DNA from: an uncultured bacterium
GTDB lineage: Bacteria; Bacillota_I; Bacilli_A; RFN20; CAG-826
Assembly: GCA_949297305.1 (NCBI GenBank)
Contig: CASFSG010000068.1
Coordinates: forward strand, 19,833 to 83,832
Direction of reading: 5' to 3'
Length of the DNA: 64,000 nucleotides
The notes under the pieces are model-generated. The model saw nothing but the letters and a program-made list of their open reading frames with translations. It was not told where the DNA came from and made no database searches. Shown piece by piece: positions 10,033 through 20,018 of this stretch; position 1 is the first letter of the stretch; each line of letters opens with the position of its first letter. The position numbers and the translations under genes were made by a program.

Positions 10033-10907
10033 TTAAAACCAAATAATTTTCGTAAAAATCCTTTCTTTTCAACATAATTATCATGAGCGTCCATCGCGCG
10101 CTTAATGGCATGATACATTTCTAAAGCGTTAGCATATCGGTCGCGAGGATTTTTCTTACAAGCTTTTAAGATGATTCGATCGATTTCTTTTGGTACATTA
10201 GGGCTAAATTTAGTAACGCTAGGAAAGGGTTTTTTAATTTGCGACAAAGCAATATCAACCGCGCGACCCTCCTCAAAAGGAAGTCGGCCAGTTATTAATT
10301 CAAAGAAAGTTATTCCCAAAGAATAAATATCCGATTGAATTGTTGGGGGTTTTCCTTGGCAAATTTCAGGCGCTAAATAAAAGACGCTTCCCATGATACC
10401 TTTTTCCGAAATTGTCTGAGAGATATTGGCGTCTACTGAAATTCCAAAATCCGCCAATTTAATCGAACCGTCAGGCAAATAAAAAATATTTTGTGGTTTA
10501 ATATCGCGATGAATGATGCCGTGATTATGAATATAGCTCACTGCATCAAGTAGCTGAAGCATGATTTGGCAAGATTCATGGATAGTCAAATGAGTATTAA
10601 ATTCAATTTTCTCATATAAAGTTTGTCCGCGAATATATTCATAAACCATATAAGGACGATCATCGATAATACCTTGATAGTAAACTTTGATGATGTTTGG
10701 GTGATCCATTGAAGCACAAGCGCTAGCCTCATGTTTAAAACGTATTACATTTTCGTGATCATCGAGTAGTTCGCTGCGCATGATTTTTACTGCGACGCGT
10801 TTTTTAGCAACGACATCATTCGCTTCAAAAACTTCGGCCATACCACCAGTCCCGATGCGCCCAGTAATTCGGTAACGATTATCGATGCGGTCACCAATTT
10901 TAATCAT
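10029..10907 (-). CDS. prkC: Hanks-type Ser/Thr protein kinase, kinase domain only
   Basis: Kinase motifs GTGGMAEVF...VAVKIM, HRDIKPQN, DFGIS, APE. Start set at MIKIGD (ATG 10907, ATGATTAA overlap with the phosphatase stop); the track ORF starts at 10970. No TM helix or PASTA repeats follow the kinase domain. Confidence 0.85.
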   Translation of the reverse strand: MIKIGDRIDNRYRITGRIGTGGMAEVFEANDVVAKKRVAVKIMRSELLDDHENVIRFKHEASACASMDHPNIIKVYYQGIIDDRPYMVYEYIRGQTLYEKIEFNTHLTIHESCQIMLQLLDAVSYIHNHGIIHRDIKPQNIFYLPDGSIKLADFGISVDANISQTISEKGIMGSVFYLAPEICQGKPPTIQSDIYSLGITFFELITGRLPFEEGRAVDIALSQIKKPFPSVTKFSPNVPKEIDRIILKACKKNPRDRYANALEMYHAIKRAMDAHDNYVEKKGFLRKLFGFK

Positions 10908-11655
10908 TATCGATTCTCTCCCAATAACTAATAGCAATGTTGTCGCTACCGCCATTGCTATTAGCAACATTAATTAAAGTTTCAACTTTGCTTTCAATGC
11001 GATCATCGCTTTTTAAAATCATTAAAATTTCACGTTCAGAGATGTTGTTATATAAACCATCAGAGCATAGTAAAACGGGATTACCGATATTAGGATAAAC
11101 GCGAATATCGGCATCGACATGCGGGCAGATTCCTATCGCATTCATTAAGACATGACGGTCGATTCTAGTTTTAATTTCATCTATGCTAATTTGTCCTGTA
11201 CGATATAAATAATTAACATAAGTTTGATCTTCGCTAAGTCTTTTTAAAGAATCATAACGAACATTATAGGCTCGCGAATCACCAACATTAGCAACAATAA
11301 GAGATTCTTTTATCAATAAGCAACAAATTAAAGTTGTTCCCATATCTTTATAATCTTCGTTATTAAACCCTTCACTATAAATGGTCTTATTTATTTCATT
11401 AATAACATTTTTAAGCCAAATTTTTGCTAAAAAAATGAATTTAAAGGACTTTTTATTGCGAAACGCTTCTTGCAACATATTGATAGCTAATCTAGAGGCA
11501 TAATCACCCTTTTGATGTCCGCCCATCCCATCGCAGACCGCTAATAAAATATCGCCATTACTATTGGTGAGGGCAGCTGCCTGGTCTTCGTTAGTAACTC
11601 TGACGCGACCACGGTCAATCTTAGCAAAAAATAGTCCTTTAGAGTTTTTCTTCAT
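10900..11655 (-). CDS. prpC: PP2C-family Ser/Thr phosphatase
   Basis: RVTNEDQ, AVCDGMGGH and GGSDNIA motifs, immediately upstream of the kinase. Confidence 0.85.
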   Translation of the reverse strand: MKKNSKGLFFAKIDRGRVRVTNEDQAAALTNSNGDILLAVCDGMGGHQKGDYASRLAINMLQEAFRNKKSFKFIFLAKIWLKNVINEINKTIYSEGFNNEDYKDMGTTLICCLLIKESLIVANVGDSRAYNVRYDSLKRLSEDQTYVNYLYRTGQISIDEIKTRIDRHVLMNAIGICPHVDADIRVYPNIGNPVLLCSDGLYNNISEREILMILKSDDRIESKVETLINVANSNGGSDNIAISYWERIDND

Positions 11656-12688
11656 TTTTAATCATTTCTTTTGCGCGCAGTTGACCGCAACTGGCGTTAA
11701 TATCCTTACCGAATTCCTTTCTAACGGTCGGTCGAACATGGTGTTTTAATAAATATTCATAAAAAGCATGGATGGTTTTTTCATCGCTGCGTTCATAAGG
11801 CATTTCCTTAATTTTATTATAGGGAATGAGATTAACAAACCCTAGCGAACCTTTAACAAGATTAACTAATTCTTCAGCACATTTTAAAGAATCGTTTATA
11901 TCTTTAATCATAATGTATTCATAAGTTACACGTCGATTAGTTGTTTTTTCATAATATTTGACTGCATCCATTAATTCATTCAAAGGATAAGCATGAGAAA
12001 TTTTCATAATTTGATGGCGTATTTCATCGTTAGGTGCATGCAAAGAAATAGCTAAATTAGTTTGTAATCCTTCTAAAGCATAACGTCGAATTTTACTAGG
12101 AATGCCACAAGTCGAAACCGAAATATGTCTAGCCCCAATCGCTAGGGCAAATGGCGAATTAATAATCCGAATAAAATCCATCACATTTTCATAATTGTCG
12201 AATGGTTCGCCTGTCCCCATCACAACAACATGACTAATGCGTCGATTTTCTTTTTTTAATAACTCATTCATTACTATAACTTCCGCAACCATCTCGCCAC
12301 TAGTGAGATTTCTTTCTTTTCTTAAAAGTCCAGAAGCACAAAAGGAACAACCCATATTGCACCCTACTTGACTCGATACACAAAGTGCATCGCCATAATT
12401 ATAAGGCATCAAGGCAGTTTCAATTTTAGCCCCATCAGAATATTCTAATAGCAGCTTTCTTGTGCCATCTTTAGAGATTTCATCAACGATAATTTTTGGC
12501 TTGATGATGAGAAAATCATTCTTTAAAATCTCTCGAAAATCTTTCGAAATGTCGCTCATCTTATCAAAGTCTGTCACTTCTTTTTGGTAAATCCAACTAA
12601 AAAGCTGACGTGCTCGAAAAGGCTTTTGATGATATTCGTTCATCAAAGAGGTTAATTTATCAAGGGTAAAATCGTATAAATTAAACAT
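11639..12688 (-). CDS. rlmN: 23S rRNA/tRNA A2503 C2-methyltransferase, radical SAM
   Basis: Radical SAM cluster CNMGCSFCASG, MGTGEP, and C-terminal CGQL. Confidence 0.9.
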   Translation of the reverse strand: MFNLYDFTLDKLTSLMNEYHQKPFRARQLFSWIYQKEVTDFDKMSDISKDFREILKNDFLIIKPKIIVDEISKDGTRKLLLEYSDGAKIETALMPYNYGDALCVSSQVGCNMGCSFCASGLLRKERNLTSGEMVAEVIVMNELLKKENRRISHVVVMGTGEPFDNYENVMDFIRIINSPFALAIGARHISVSTCGIPSKIRRYALEGLQTNLAISLHAPNDEIRHQIMKISHAYPLNELMDAVKYYEKTTNRRVTYEYIMIKDINDSLKCAEELVNLVKGSLGFVNLIPYNKIKEMPYERSDEKTIHAFYEYLLKHHVRPTVRKEFGKDINASCGQLRAKEMIKNEEKL

Positions 12689-13940
12689 TCTCCTCGTTCT
12701 TTTTTAAGACGCAATAATAAAAGCATGCCCCTTCGTTTTCATAAGGATATATTTGTTTTGATTCGACATATGAATAAAAAGGATGCTTACTTAAGAAAGT
12801 TCCAATAACATTTGAACTTTCTTTTTTACTAAGCGTATTAATCATATAGACTAAATAGCCGCCATTTTCTAAGTAGCTATCAAGATTATTTAGTACTTCT
12901 TCTTGATGAGAGATACATTTATCAATTGTTTTAGAATCAAAATTAACAAAGAAATCGGGGTTAGCTTTAATCAAGTCGAAAGAAGATGACTCTGGCATCG
13001 CAAAAATTAAATCCTGTTTGCTCGTTACATAAGCGTGAAGTGAATCGCTTGTAGAATTAAAGAAATTGACATTTTTTAATTTATTAACTCTAATTAATCT
13101 TAAAATTCTAGCGTTATCATCTTTGTTACTTAAGCAAGCATTAAGACCGAAAGTGCCGTTCGTTTGTAAAATTGCTTCCATTAGTAAGTGTTGATCTTTT
13201 TCACTATAGACAAAAAATTCGTTAGTTTGACCAAAATTCTTCATCAACTTATCAAATAGAGATTTATAAATATATTTTGTCGTAAAAACTTTATTTTCTT
13301 CTATTAGTTTTTTAATTGGTGCAAATGAATTATTTTTTGATTTTAATAAATTTTCAATATCGGTTGCTTCTAAATTATTATTACTTTCAGCAATAGCTTG
13401 CGCACTATTAATAAGTAAGTTATTGACTCTTAAATAATTATTCTCCCCTTTCGAAAGTGCCTTTAATATGCGAAAAGTTCGGCCTTCATGAAAGTTTTTT
13501 TGCCACATCTTAACAATATTTATCGGTGTGTTAAAACGATAGGAAACAAATTCGAGCGAATCGTTGTTTGGAGCGACGAGATGGAGTAAATCATAAGCGC
13601 TTGTTTGACTTAATAAAACACTATAATCTGCAATAATGTCTTGTCTTTTTAAAAAAGTCAGTACCTCTTCGCTATTTAGGCGATGCGAAAAATGATGGTT
13701 TGCCATCGCTAGATAAAGTAAATATTTATTATCGCGGGAATTATCGCTTGCATATGCATCAACCAATTCAACGAATAAAAGATGATGTCTTAACTCCGAA
13801 CCAACAAGTGACGAAACTAAATTCATTAAATGATGATCACTCGCGTTATAAGGTATTCGCTTTTTAATCGCTTTATGAAATGTAAATTTGTTTTCATATA
13901 TATCTTTCAAAACGTCTCGACTAATTAAAAGTGCATCCAT
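12681..13940 (-). CDS. RsmB/Sun-like protein, apparently catalytically degenerate
   Basis: Occupies the rsmB slot of the priA...rlmN cluster. Alignable blocks are SYRFNTPINIVKMW, YLRVNN and GGYLVY. The SAM loop (CAAPGGK) is absent. PCS is replaced by PES and TCS by NTLS. Confidence 0.6.
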   Translation of the reverse strand: MDALLISRDVLKDIYENKFTFHKAIKKRIPYNASDHHLMNLVSSLVGSELRHHLLFVELVDAYASDNSRDNKYLLYLAMANHHFSHRLNSEEVLTFLKRQDIIADYSVLLSQTSAYDLLHLVAPNNDSLEFVSYRFNTPINIVKMWQKNFHEGRTFRILKALSKGENNYLRVNNLLINSAQAIAESNNNLEATDIENLLKSKNNSFAPIKKLIEENKVFTTKYIYKSLFDKLMKNFGQTNEFFVYSEKDQHLLMEAILQTNGTFGLNACLSNKDDNARILRLIRVNKLKNVNFFNSTSDSLHAYVTSKQDLIFAMPESSSFDLIKANPDFFVNFDSKTIDKCISHQEEVLNNLDSYLENGGYLVYMINTLSKKESSNVIGTFLSKHPFYSYVESKQIYPYENEGACFYYCVLKKNEENV

Positions 13941-13964
13941 GTTATCGCCCTCCTATCTTCTAAA

Positions 13965-14441
13965 TTAGTTTTCTTTTTCATTTTTATTTCGTCGGATAAT
14001 TTCTTCTTCAATCTTTTCATCAAGATTTTCAAAAACATTTCCGTGATATATTTCTTCTTCGTCAATCTCTTCATGTTCGACATTGACAATATTTTCTTCA
14101 CTTAAAAAACGAGGGTATTCTTTATTAATAAATTCATAACGATTCTTCTCTTCGTAATAATAGAATTCAACACTAGCATTAATACAATAAACAACAATCG
14201 TTTTCAAAATATATTCGGCAACCTTTGTTTCTAAAGCCGCAAATTTTTTAGGAGCATTTATTCTAACAATAGAATTCCAAGATGTTTGATCCATCCCGTA
14301 ATGTAATAAATAGGCGTTAGGGGCATAAAATAAAATATTATCTTCATTAGTTTCAAATAATTGTGCGAGATTTTTGGTATTCTCTTTCGAATAGTGACCG
14401 ACGGCATATTGGTCAAGACCATAGATAGAAATAGTAATCAT
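13965..14441 (-). CDS. hypothetical protein with an acidic C-terminal tail
   Basis: 158-aa ORF between priA and the rsmB-like gene; no motif recognised. Confidence 0.4.
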   Translation of the reverse strand: MITISIYGLDQYAVGHYSKENTKNLAQLFETNEDNILFYAPNAYLLHYGMDQTSWNSIVRINAPKKFAALETKVAEYILKTIVVYCINASVEFYYYEEKNRYEFINKEYPRFLSEENIVNVEHEEIDEEEIYHGNVFENLDEKIEEEIIRRNKNEKEN

Positions 14442-14455
14442 TTTAATTCACCTCT

Positions 14456-16651
14456 TTAAAAGTCTAGCGTATCTACATCAAATTGTATATCAATTTGCGA
14501 ATTTTTTTGCATTTCGACGACCATCTTGCTTAAAAAAGAAAATATATTATCTTTTTTACGATATTTAATAATTATTTCACGATGATATTTTCCACCAAAG
14601 AAAGGAATGAAAGGCGTTATCGGTCCAACTAAATAAGTGTCTAGAAAATTTTGATGAGATAAAATATTAAACAATTGATAAGCAAAATCAATGACAAGAC
14701 TTTCATTTTTAGACGCTAATTTAATAGCAATTAAATAAGTGAAGGGAGGATATTTTTGAACTTGTCTCATCCGCATTTCCTGATGGTAAAAAGCTTCATA
14801 ATCTTGTCTAGCAGCATAAACTAATGCATAGTGTCTGCTATTATAAGTTTGGATAATAGCTTGACCTTCTTTTTCGCTGCGTCCTGCCCGACCAATAGCT
14901 TGAGTAATTAATTCAAAAGTTCTTTCAGCACTTTTAAAAGATGGTAAAGCTAATCCGATATCTGCTAAAACAATCCCAACTAAAGTAACATTTGGAAAAT
15001 CGTGGCCTTTAGCAACCATTTGGGTACCAACCAAACAATCAAATTTACCTTTAGAAAATTCACTCAACGATCGATTTAAGACATTGACATTCATTTTTAC
15101 ATCGCTATCGAGGCGAAGAACTTTAATTGAGGGAAATAACTTCATAATTTCATCGACTATTCTTTCGGTGCCAAAGCCAATTTTACTAAGATATTTAGAC
15201 CCGCATTTAGGACAAACATCACTAACCATTTCAACGTGGCCACAATGATGACATTTCAACAAATTATTCGAGCGATGATATGTTAAACCTATACCACAAT
15301 TTGGACATTTAAAGATATGTCCGCAATTTCGGCAACTTAAATAGGAGGAATAACCACGACGATTGATTAATAAAATAGTTTGCTCCCCTTTTGAAAATGT
15401 TTCCTTTAGTGCTTCAATTAAAGGAAGAGAAAAAATTGCTGACTCATTTGATAAATTATTTGTATTAGTTAGGTCAATTATAGATGTTTTAGGCAGGGAT
15501 TTTTGATTAATTCTTTTTGTTAAATGTACGAAATTATAGACACCCTTTTGAGCTCTAGCTCGCGATTCTAATGACGGCGTAGCGCTTCCTAAAACAACTT
15601 TTGCTCCAAAATGTTTGGCGCGCATTAATGCCACTTCTCTAGCGTGATAAAAAGGCAAGGAATCTTGCTTATAAGATTCAACATGTTCTTCATCTAAAAT
15701 AAATAATCCAACATTGTTTAAAGGAGCAAAAATTGCACTTCTAGCCCCAATGACAACTCGACATTCGCCGCGAGCAATCCGCCGATATTCATCATATCGT
15801 TCAGCGTTTGTTAAATCGCTATGAAAGATGGCGACATTTTCTTTAAAACGCGCAGCAAATAAATTAATCATCATTGGAGTTAAAGAAATTTCTGGAACGA
15901 GCATGATGACATTTTTATTCATTTTTAACATTTCTTTTACAAGCGAGAGATAGATTTCGGTTTTTCCAGAGCCAGTCACGCCTTCTAATAATGTGACATT
16001 CTTATCCGTCTCTATAATTGATTTAATTGCAGAATTTTGGTCGGGGGTTAGAATATTTTCATGTGCAGAAGTTTCATATTTTATTTCTAATCTTGTTTTT
16101 TCAATTTGAATTATTTCAATTCGACCTTTTTTAACTAAATTTTTAATTATTGTAGGAGATTTGATGTCTTTTACTCGCAAATCACCATTATTTTTCAAGT
16201 TTCTGACTATCTCAATCTGTTTAGGGGTTAAATCTTCTTCTAAACTAGAAAGGAGATGAATGTATTTTTCATAGTAGATTTTAGGACCTTTTAAAGAAGA
16301 AGAGGAAGGTTTTAAAGAGGGAGGAAGCATCGTTTGAAAAATTGCAATGAGAGGACATAAATAATATTCAGCCATCTCCTTAGCTAAAAGGGTCAACTCA
16401 TCATTTAACAATGGTTCTTCGTTTAATATGTCGACAATATAGGTATATTTAAATCCAGATTTTTTTTCTAATAAATCTATAGTTAAATCTGTTTCGCTTA
16501 TTTTAATAACATAGCCAATTAGCAAGCGATGATTAAAAATAACTTTGACGCGTGAACCAATTGAAATATTCTTTTTTCCGTCATATAGATATGAAAAAGG
16601 TCGATTTAATGAATTAGCTTTCCTTTCAATTAAAACTTCAATTATTTTCAT
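14456..16651 (-). CDS. priA: primosomal replication-restart helicase PriA
   Basis: Walker A GVTGSGKTE, DEEH box, and Cys-rich zinc region CRNCGHIFKCPNCG...CHHCGH...CPKCGS. Confidence 0.92.
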   Translation of the reverse strand: MKIIEVLIERKANSLNRPFSYLYDGKKNISIGSRVKVIFNHRLLIGYVIKISETDLTIDLLEKKSGFKYTYIVDILNEEPLLNDELTLLAKEMAEYYLCPLIAIFQTMLPPSLKPSSSSLKGPKIYYEKYIHLLSSLEEDLTPKQIEIVRNLKNNGDLRVKDIKSPTIIKNLVKKGRIEIIQIEKTRLEIKYETSAHENILTPDQNSAIKSIIETDKNVTLLEGVTGSGKTEIYLSLVKEMLKMNKNVIMLVPEISLTPMMINLFAARFKENVAIFHSDLTNAERYDEYRRIARGECRVVIGARSAIFAPLNNVGLFILDEEHVESYKQDSLPFYHAREVALMRAKHFGAKVVLGSATPSLESRARAQKGVYNFVHLTKRINQKSLPKTSIIDLTNTNNLSNESAIFSLPLIEALKETFSKGEQTILLINRRGYSSYLSCRNCGHIFKCPNCGIGLTYHRSNNLLKCHHCGHVEMVSDVCPKCGSKYLSKIGFGTERIVDEIMKLFPSIKVLRLDSDVKMNVNVLNRSLSEFSKGKFDCLVGTQMVAKGHDFPNVTLVGIVLADIGLALPSFKSAERTFELITQAIGRAGRSEKEGQAIIQTYNSRHYALVYAARQDYEAFYHQEMRMRQVQKYPPFTYLIAIKLASKNESLVIDFAYQLFNILSHQNFLDTYLVGPITPFIPFFGGKYHREIIIKYRKKDNIFSFLSKMVVEMQKNSQIDIQFDVDTLDF

Positions 16652-16704
16652 AAGAAAATATTAACAAAATTTTTCCTTCTTTGCACCGACCAAGAAAAAA
16701 TTAA

Positions 16705-17277
16705 TTAATGATTTTTAATGATATTTGCAATTTCTAATGCAGCCCGATTCGGATCGTCGTTTAAAACGATATATTGATAATATTTTTTAAGTTTCATTTC
16801 ATTGCGGGCTTTATTTAAACGTTTTTCAATAACATCATCACTTTCGGTAGAACGAGAACGAATGCGATTTTCAAGTTCTTCTAAAGAAGGAGGAACGATG
16901 AAGATAGTGATTAATTTTTGATCATCTTTAAATTTATCAATAACTTGTTTAGCCCCATTAACTTCTATCTCTAAAATAACATTTTTTCCTAAAGCGCGTA
17001 GTCGCCTTACCTCATCGGCAGGTGTTCCATATTTATTGCCTACAAATTCAGCCCATTCAAGAAGTTTGTCGTCCTTAATATTTTGTTCGAACACTTTATT
17101 AGTGACAAAATAATAATCGACACCATTTATCTCGCCGTTTCTTATCGGGCGGGTCGTCATCGATATTGAATAGGCAAGATTCAAAGTGTTATCATTCATC
17201 AAAACTTTTCTAATAGTCCCCTTACCTACTCCGCTAGGACCAGACATAATAATTAAATTACCTTCAAGCGTTTTCAT
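16705..17277 (-). CDS. gmk: guanylate kinase
   Basis: GPSGVGKGT P-loop, SMTTRPIRNGEINGVDYYF, EIEVNGA. Confidence 0.9.
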   Translation of the reverse strand: MKTLEGNLIIMSGPSGVGKGTIRKVLMNDNTLNLAYSISMTTRPIRNGEINGVDYYFVTNKVFEQNIKDDKLLEWAEFVGNKYGTPADEVRRLRALGKNVILEIEVNGAKQVIDKFKDDQKLITIFIVPPSLEELENRIRSRSTESDDVIEKRLNKARNEMKLKKYYQYIVLNDDPNRAALEIANIIKNH

Positions 17278-17361
17278 TTCTTTAAATATAAGACATATTC
17301 GGTTTTTTTACAAATAAAAATACTATTTAATGATATTAAAACGTTATCTATAATATAAATA

Positions 17362-18708
17362 ATGGAATTGATTAATTATTTATTAAAAAGTGAAAAGCTC
17401 TATCTAAATAAGCAAATTAAAGATATATCATTATTTTCAAAAAATACTTTATTGTTGACGTTAGATAAAGATGTTGGTTTATATATATCTTTAAACAAAA
17501 CCAAACAAGGGATTTTCTTTTATCATTTTGAAAACGAATTAAAAAATGTAGAAAATTCTTTTATTCAACGCATCTATCGTCGCTTAAAAAATGGCTATAT
17601 TACAAAAATTACCAAAGATAATTTAGATAATATCTATTTTATAGAAGTAAAGAGTAATGGGCCTTTTATCTTACAAAAATTAACTAAAATTATCATTCAC
17701 TTTTTTGCCTTAACACCAAACATTTATGTCGTCGATGAAGAAAATAAAATAATAGATCGCTTGTTGGCCTATCATAAAGACAGCAATAAAATTAATCAAA
17801 CTTATGATTTTCTTCCTTCCTTTCATCACGATATTGATATTCCTGAAATTAATTATGAAAACATTTATTATTACACAATAAAGGAAATTAGAAAAAAAGA
17901 GAGAAGAGAAAAACTATACAAATACTTAACCAATCGCTTAAAACAATTAAATAATAAAAAGGCTAAAATAGAAGATGAACATGCAAAATATTTAACTTAT
18001 ATCAAAACTAGCGAAATATTAAATAACATCTTTTATTCCGGTTTTAATTTAAAGGAGAAATATCCAGAAATTAATGTTGCTGATCAAAGGATAAAATTAG
18101 ATGAAAAGTTAACTTTATTAGAAAACATTAATGAGATTTATAAAAAGGCTAAAAAGGCTAAAAATGAAGTCAATTTATATAATAGCAAATTGACTAAAAT
18201 AGATGAAGATTATAAAGCGATAAAAAACGACTTAGATCAATTAGATAAAATTTCCGAAAACGAAGTCTTTATTTTAGAAAAAAGATATGGTCTCATCAAA
18301 AATTACATCGAAAAAAATATAACTAATAAAAATGCACCATACTTTATTAATGTTGATGGGACAATTTATTTATTTGGTAAAAATATCGAACAAAACGACT
18401 ATTTATCTTTCGAATATAAAACTAATCGTAATTTTATTTGGCTGCATGTAAAAAACTACCCTAGCGGCCATGTTTTAATCAAAAAAGAAAAACCTACCGA
18501 AAGAGAAATTACAATCGGAGCGACAATTGCCCTATTAACAAAAAAATTGAAGCGAGGCGACATTATTTATACCTCTAAAAAGAATCTAAAACGAACAAAA
18601 AATAAAGGGGAAGCTATAGTAAAAAATTATAATAGCATTTTTCTAAATAATATCGATGAAAGAATAGAAAAATTATTTATCGAGGCAAAAAGAGATAATC
18701 TTCATTAG
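17362..18708 (+). CDS. short NFACT-family protein (RqcH/FbpA-like ribosome quality control factor)
   Basis: Central coiled coil and a C-terminal NFACT-R/DUF814-like block IWLHVKNYPSGHVLIK. At 448 aa it is shorter than B. subtilis RqcH. Confidence 0.6.
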   Translation: MELINYLLKSEKLYLNKQIKDISLFSKNTLLLTLDKDVGLYISLNKTKQGIFFYHFENELKNVENSFIQRIYRRLKNGYITKITKDNLDNIYFIEVKSNGPFILQKLTKIIIHFFALTPNIYVVDEENKIIDRLLAYHKDSNKINQTYDFLPSFHHDIDIPEINYENIYYYTIKEIRKKERREKLYKYLTNRLKQLNNKKAKIEDEHAKYLTYIKTSEILNNIFYSGFNLKEKYPEINVADQRIKLDEKLTLLENINEIYKKAKKAKNEVNLYNSKLTKIDEDYKAIKNDLDQLDKISENEVFILEKRYGLIKNYIEKNITNKNAPYFINVDGTIYLFGKNIEQNDYLSFEYKTNRNFIWLHVKNYPSGHVLIKKEKPTEREITIGATIALLTKKLKRGDIIYTSKKNLKRTKNKGEAIVKNYNSIFLNNIDERIEKLFIEAKRDNLH

Positions 18709-19208
18709 TCGATGACATTTTTTCGCATTTGTTCTTGATACGCTAATGAGGGGAAATTTTGTTGTCTTAAGACTTCATAAACAACAATTGCTACGCAATT
18801 TGAAAGATTTAATGATCGCGCTGAACTTAAAATCGGAATTCGTAAAGTTTTATCTAAATTATTTCGCAATATCTCCTTATCAATTCCAGTTGATTCCTTA
18901 CCAAACATCAGGTATATATCTTCATTAGAATTAGTAAAATTTATATCAGAATAAAGATGTTGTCCAAATCTCGTAATATAAAAAATCTTTATTTGACGAT
19001 TCAAATTACAAAAATGTTCGTAATTTTCATATATTTCATAATCAGCGTCCATTAAATAATCCATTCCAGCTCTTAAAAAAGCATGATCATCAAGTTTAAA
19101 GGATAATGGTCCTATAATATGAACCTTGGCATCAATCGCCATTGCTAAACGCAAAATGTTTCCAGTATTAGCAGGCTTTTCCGGTTGAAATAAAACGATA
19201 TGTATCAT
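18705..19208 (-). CDS. trmL: SpoU/TrmL-type tRNA 2'-O-methyltransferase
   Basis: MIHIVLFQPEKPANTGNILRL start is typical of TrmL; C-terminal SLNLSNCVAIVVYE knot motif. The track ORF extends to 19268. Confidence 0.75.
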   Translation of the reverse strand: MIHIVLFQPEKPANTGNILRLAMAIDAKVHIIGPLSFKLDDHAFLRAGMDYLMDADYEIYENYEHFCNLNRQIKIFYITRFGQHLYSDINFTNSNEDIYLMFGKESTGIDKEILRNNLDKTLRIPILSSARSLNLSNCVAIVVYEVLRQQNFPSLAYQEQMRKNVID

Positions 19209-19220
19209 ATAAATAATATT

Positions 19221-20018
19221 ATGCTTAAGGAAAGTTTTAGCAAAGATAAAATTCTTAAAAAGTTTCAAAACGGAATTTCTAATGATACTTACCTATTAGA
19301 AAATAATATCGTTTATCGCCATAAAGTTATCTATCGAGACGGCTTAATGAACGATTTAAAGAACGAAGCGACTTTTTTAAAAATGACACCAACTTTCCCC
19401 TACCATGAAAAGATTATTTCTTTAGATGATTATGCGAACGAAAAATATTCTGTTTATATTCCTTACACTCGTTCATTTAAAAAGGAGGAAAAGGATTATA
19501 AAATAATTATTCAGTACATCAAAGATTTGCATAATTTAAAAATAGCATTTTCCTATAAATTTCCCCTATTTGCCTATTTAGAAAAAAATCAATTAGCAAT
19601 CGCGCAGTTTATCGAAATTAAGCAATACGAAAAGATTCTTCATCAGGTAAAAAAATTATATAAAAAATACCCTTTGGTAATTTCTCATAATGACTTAGTA
19701 AACAATAATATCTTGTTTGAGAATAATTACCTATATGTCATTGATTATGAGTATGTCGCTTTGAACATTGAATTATTTGATATCGCATCTTTTTTAAGCG
19801 AAAATAATCTAGATGACGAGAAAACAAAATTATATTTTCTTATGATGTTTGAGAATAAATATCAATTAGAGGAACTAAGTACAATGATTTTGATTGAAGA
19901 TATCTTATGGGCTATATGGGCAAAAAAACGTTACGATGATACAAAAAAAGATATTTATCGAATAATTTATCAAGAAAAGGTCAAAAGGGTGAAGAAGAAT
20001 GAACATATTATTAGTTAA
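19221..20018 (+). CDS. choline/ethanolamine kinase-like phosphotransferase (APH fold)
   Basis: Brenner-type motif ISHNDLVNNNILF and IDYEY. The start is uncertain (19200 or 19221). Confidence 0.6.
   Translation: MLKESFSKDKILKKFQNGISNDTYLLENNIVYRHKVIYRDGLMNDLKNEATFLKMTPTFPYHEKIISLDDYANEKYSVYIPYTRSFKKEEKDYKIIIQYIKDLHNLKIAFSYKFPLFAYLEKNQLAIAQFIEIKQYEKILHQVKKLYKKYPLVISHNDLVNNNILFENNYLYVIDYEYVALNIELFDIASFLSENNLDDEKTKLYFLMMFENKYQLEELSTMILIEDILWAIWAKKRYDDTKKDIYRIIYQEKVKRVKKNEHIIS

Noticed and set aside
19200-19221. Head-to-head overlap of the trmL and kinase-like gene starts as a regulatory oddity.
   Set aside because: It depends entirely on which ATG is used (19200 vs 19221; 19208 vs 19268). With the homology-supported starts the genes are simply divergent with a 12-nt gap. 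That is unusual, but not interpretable from sequence alone.
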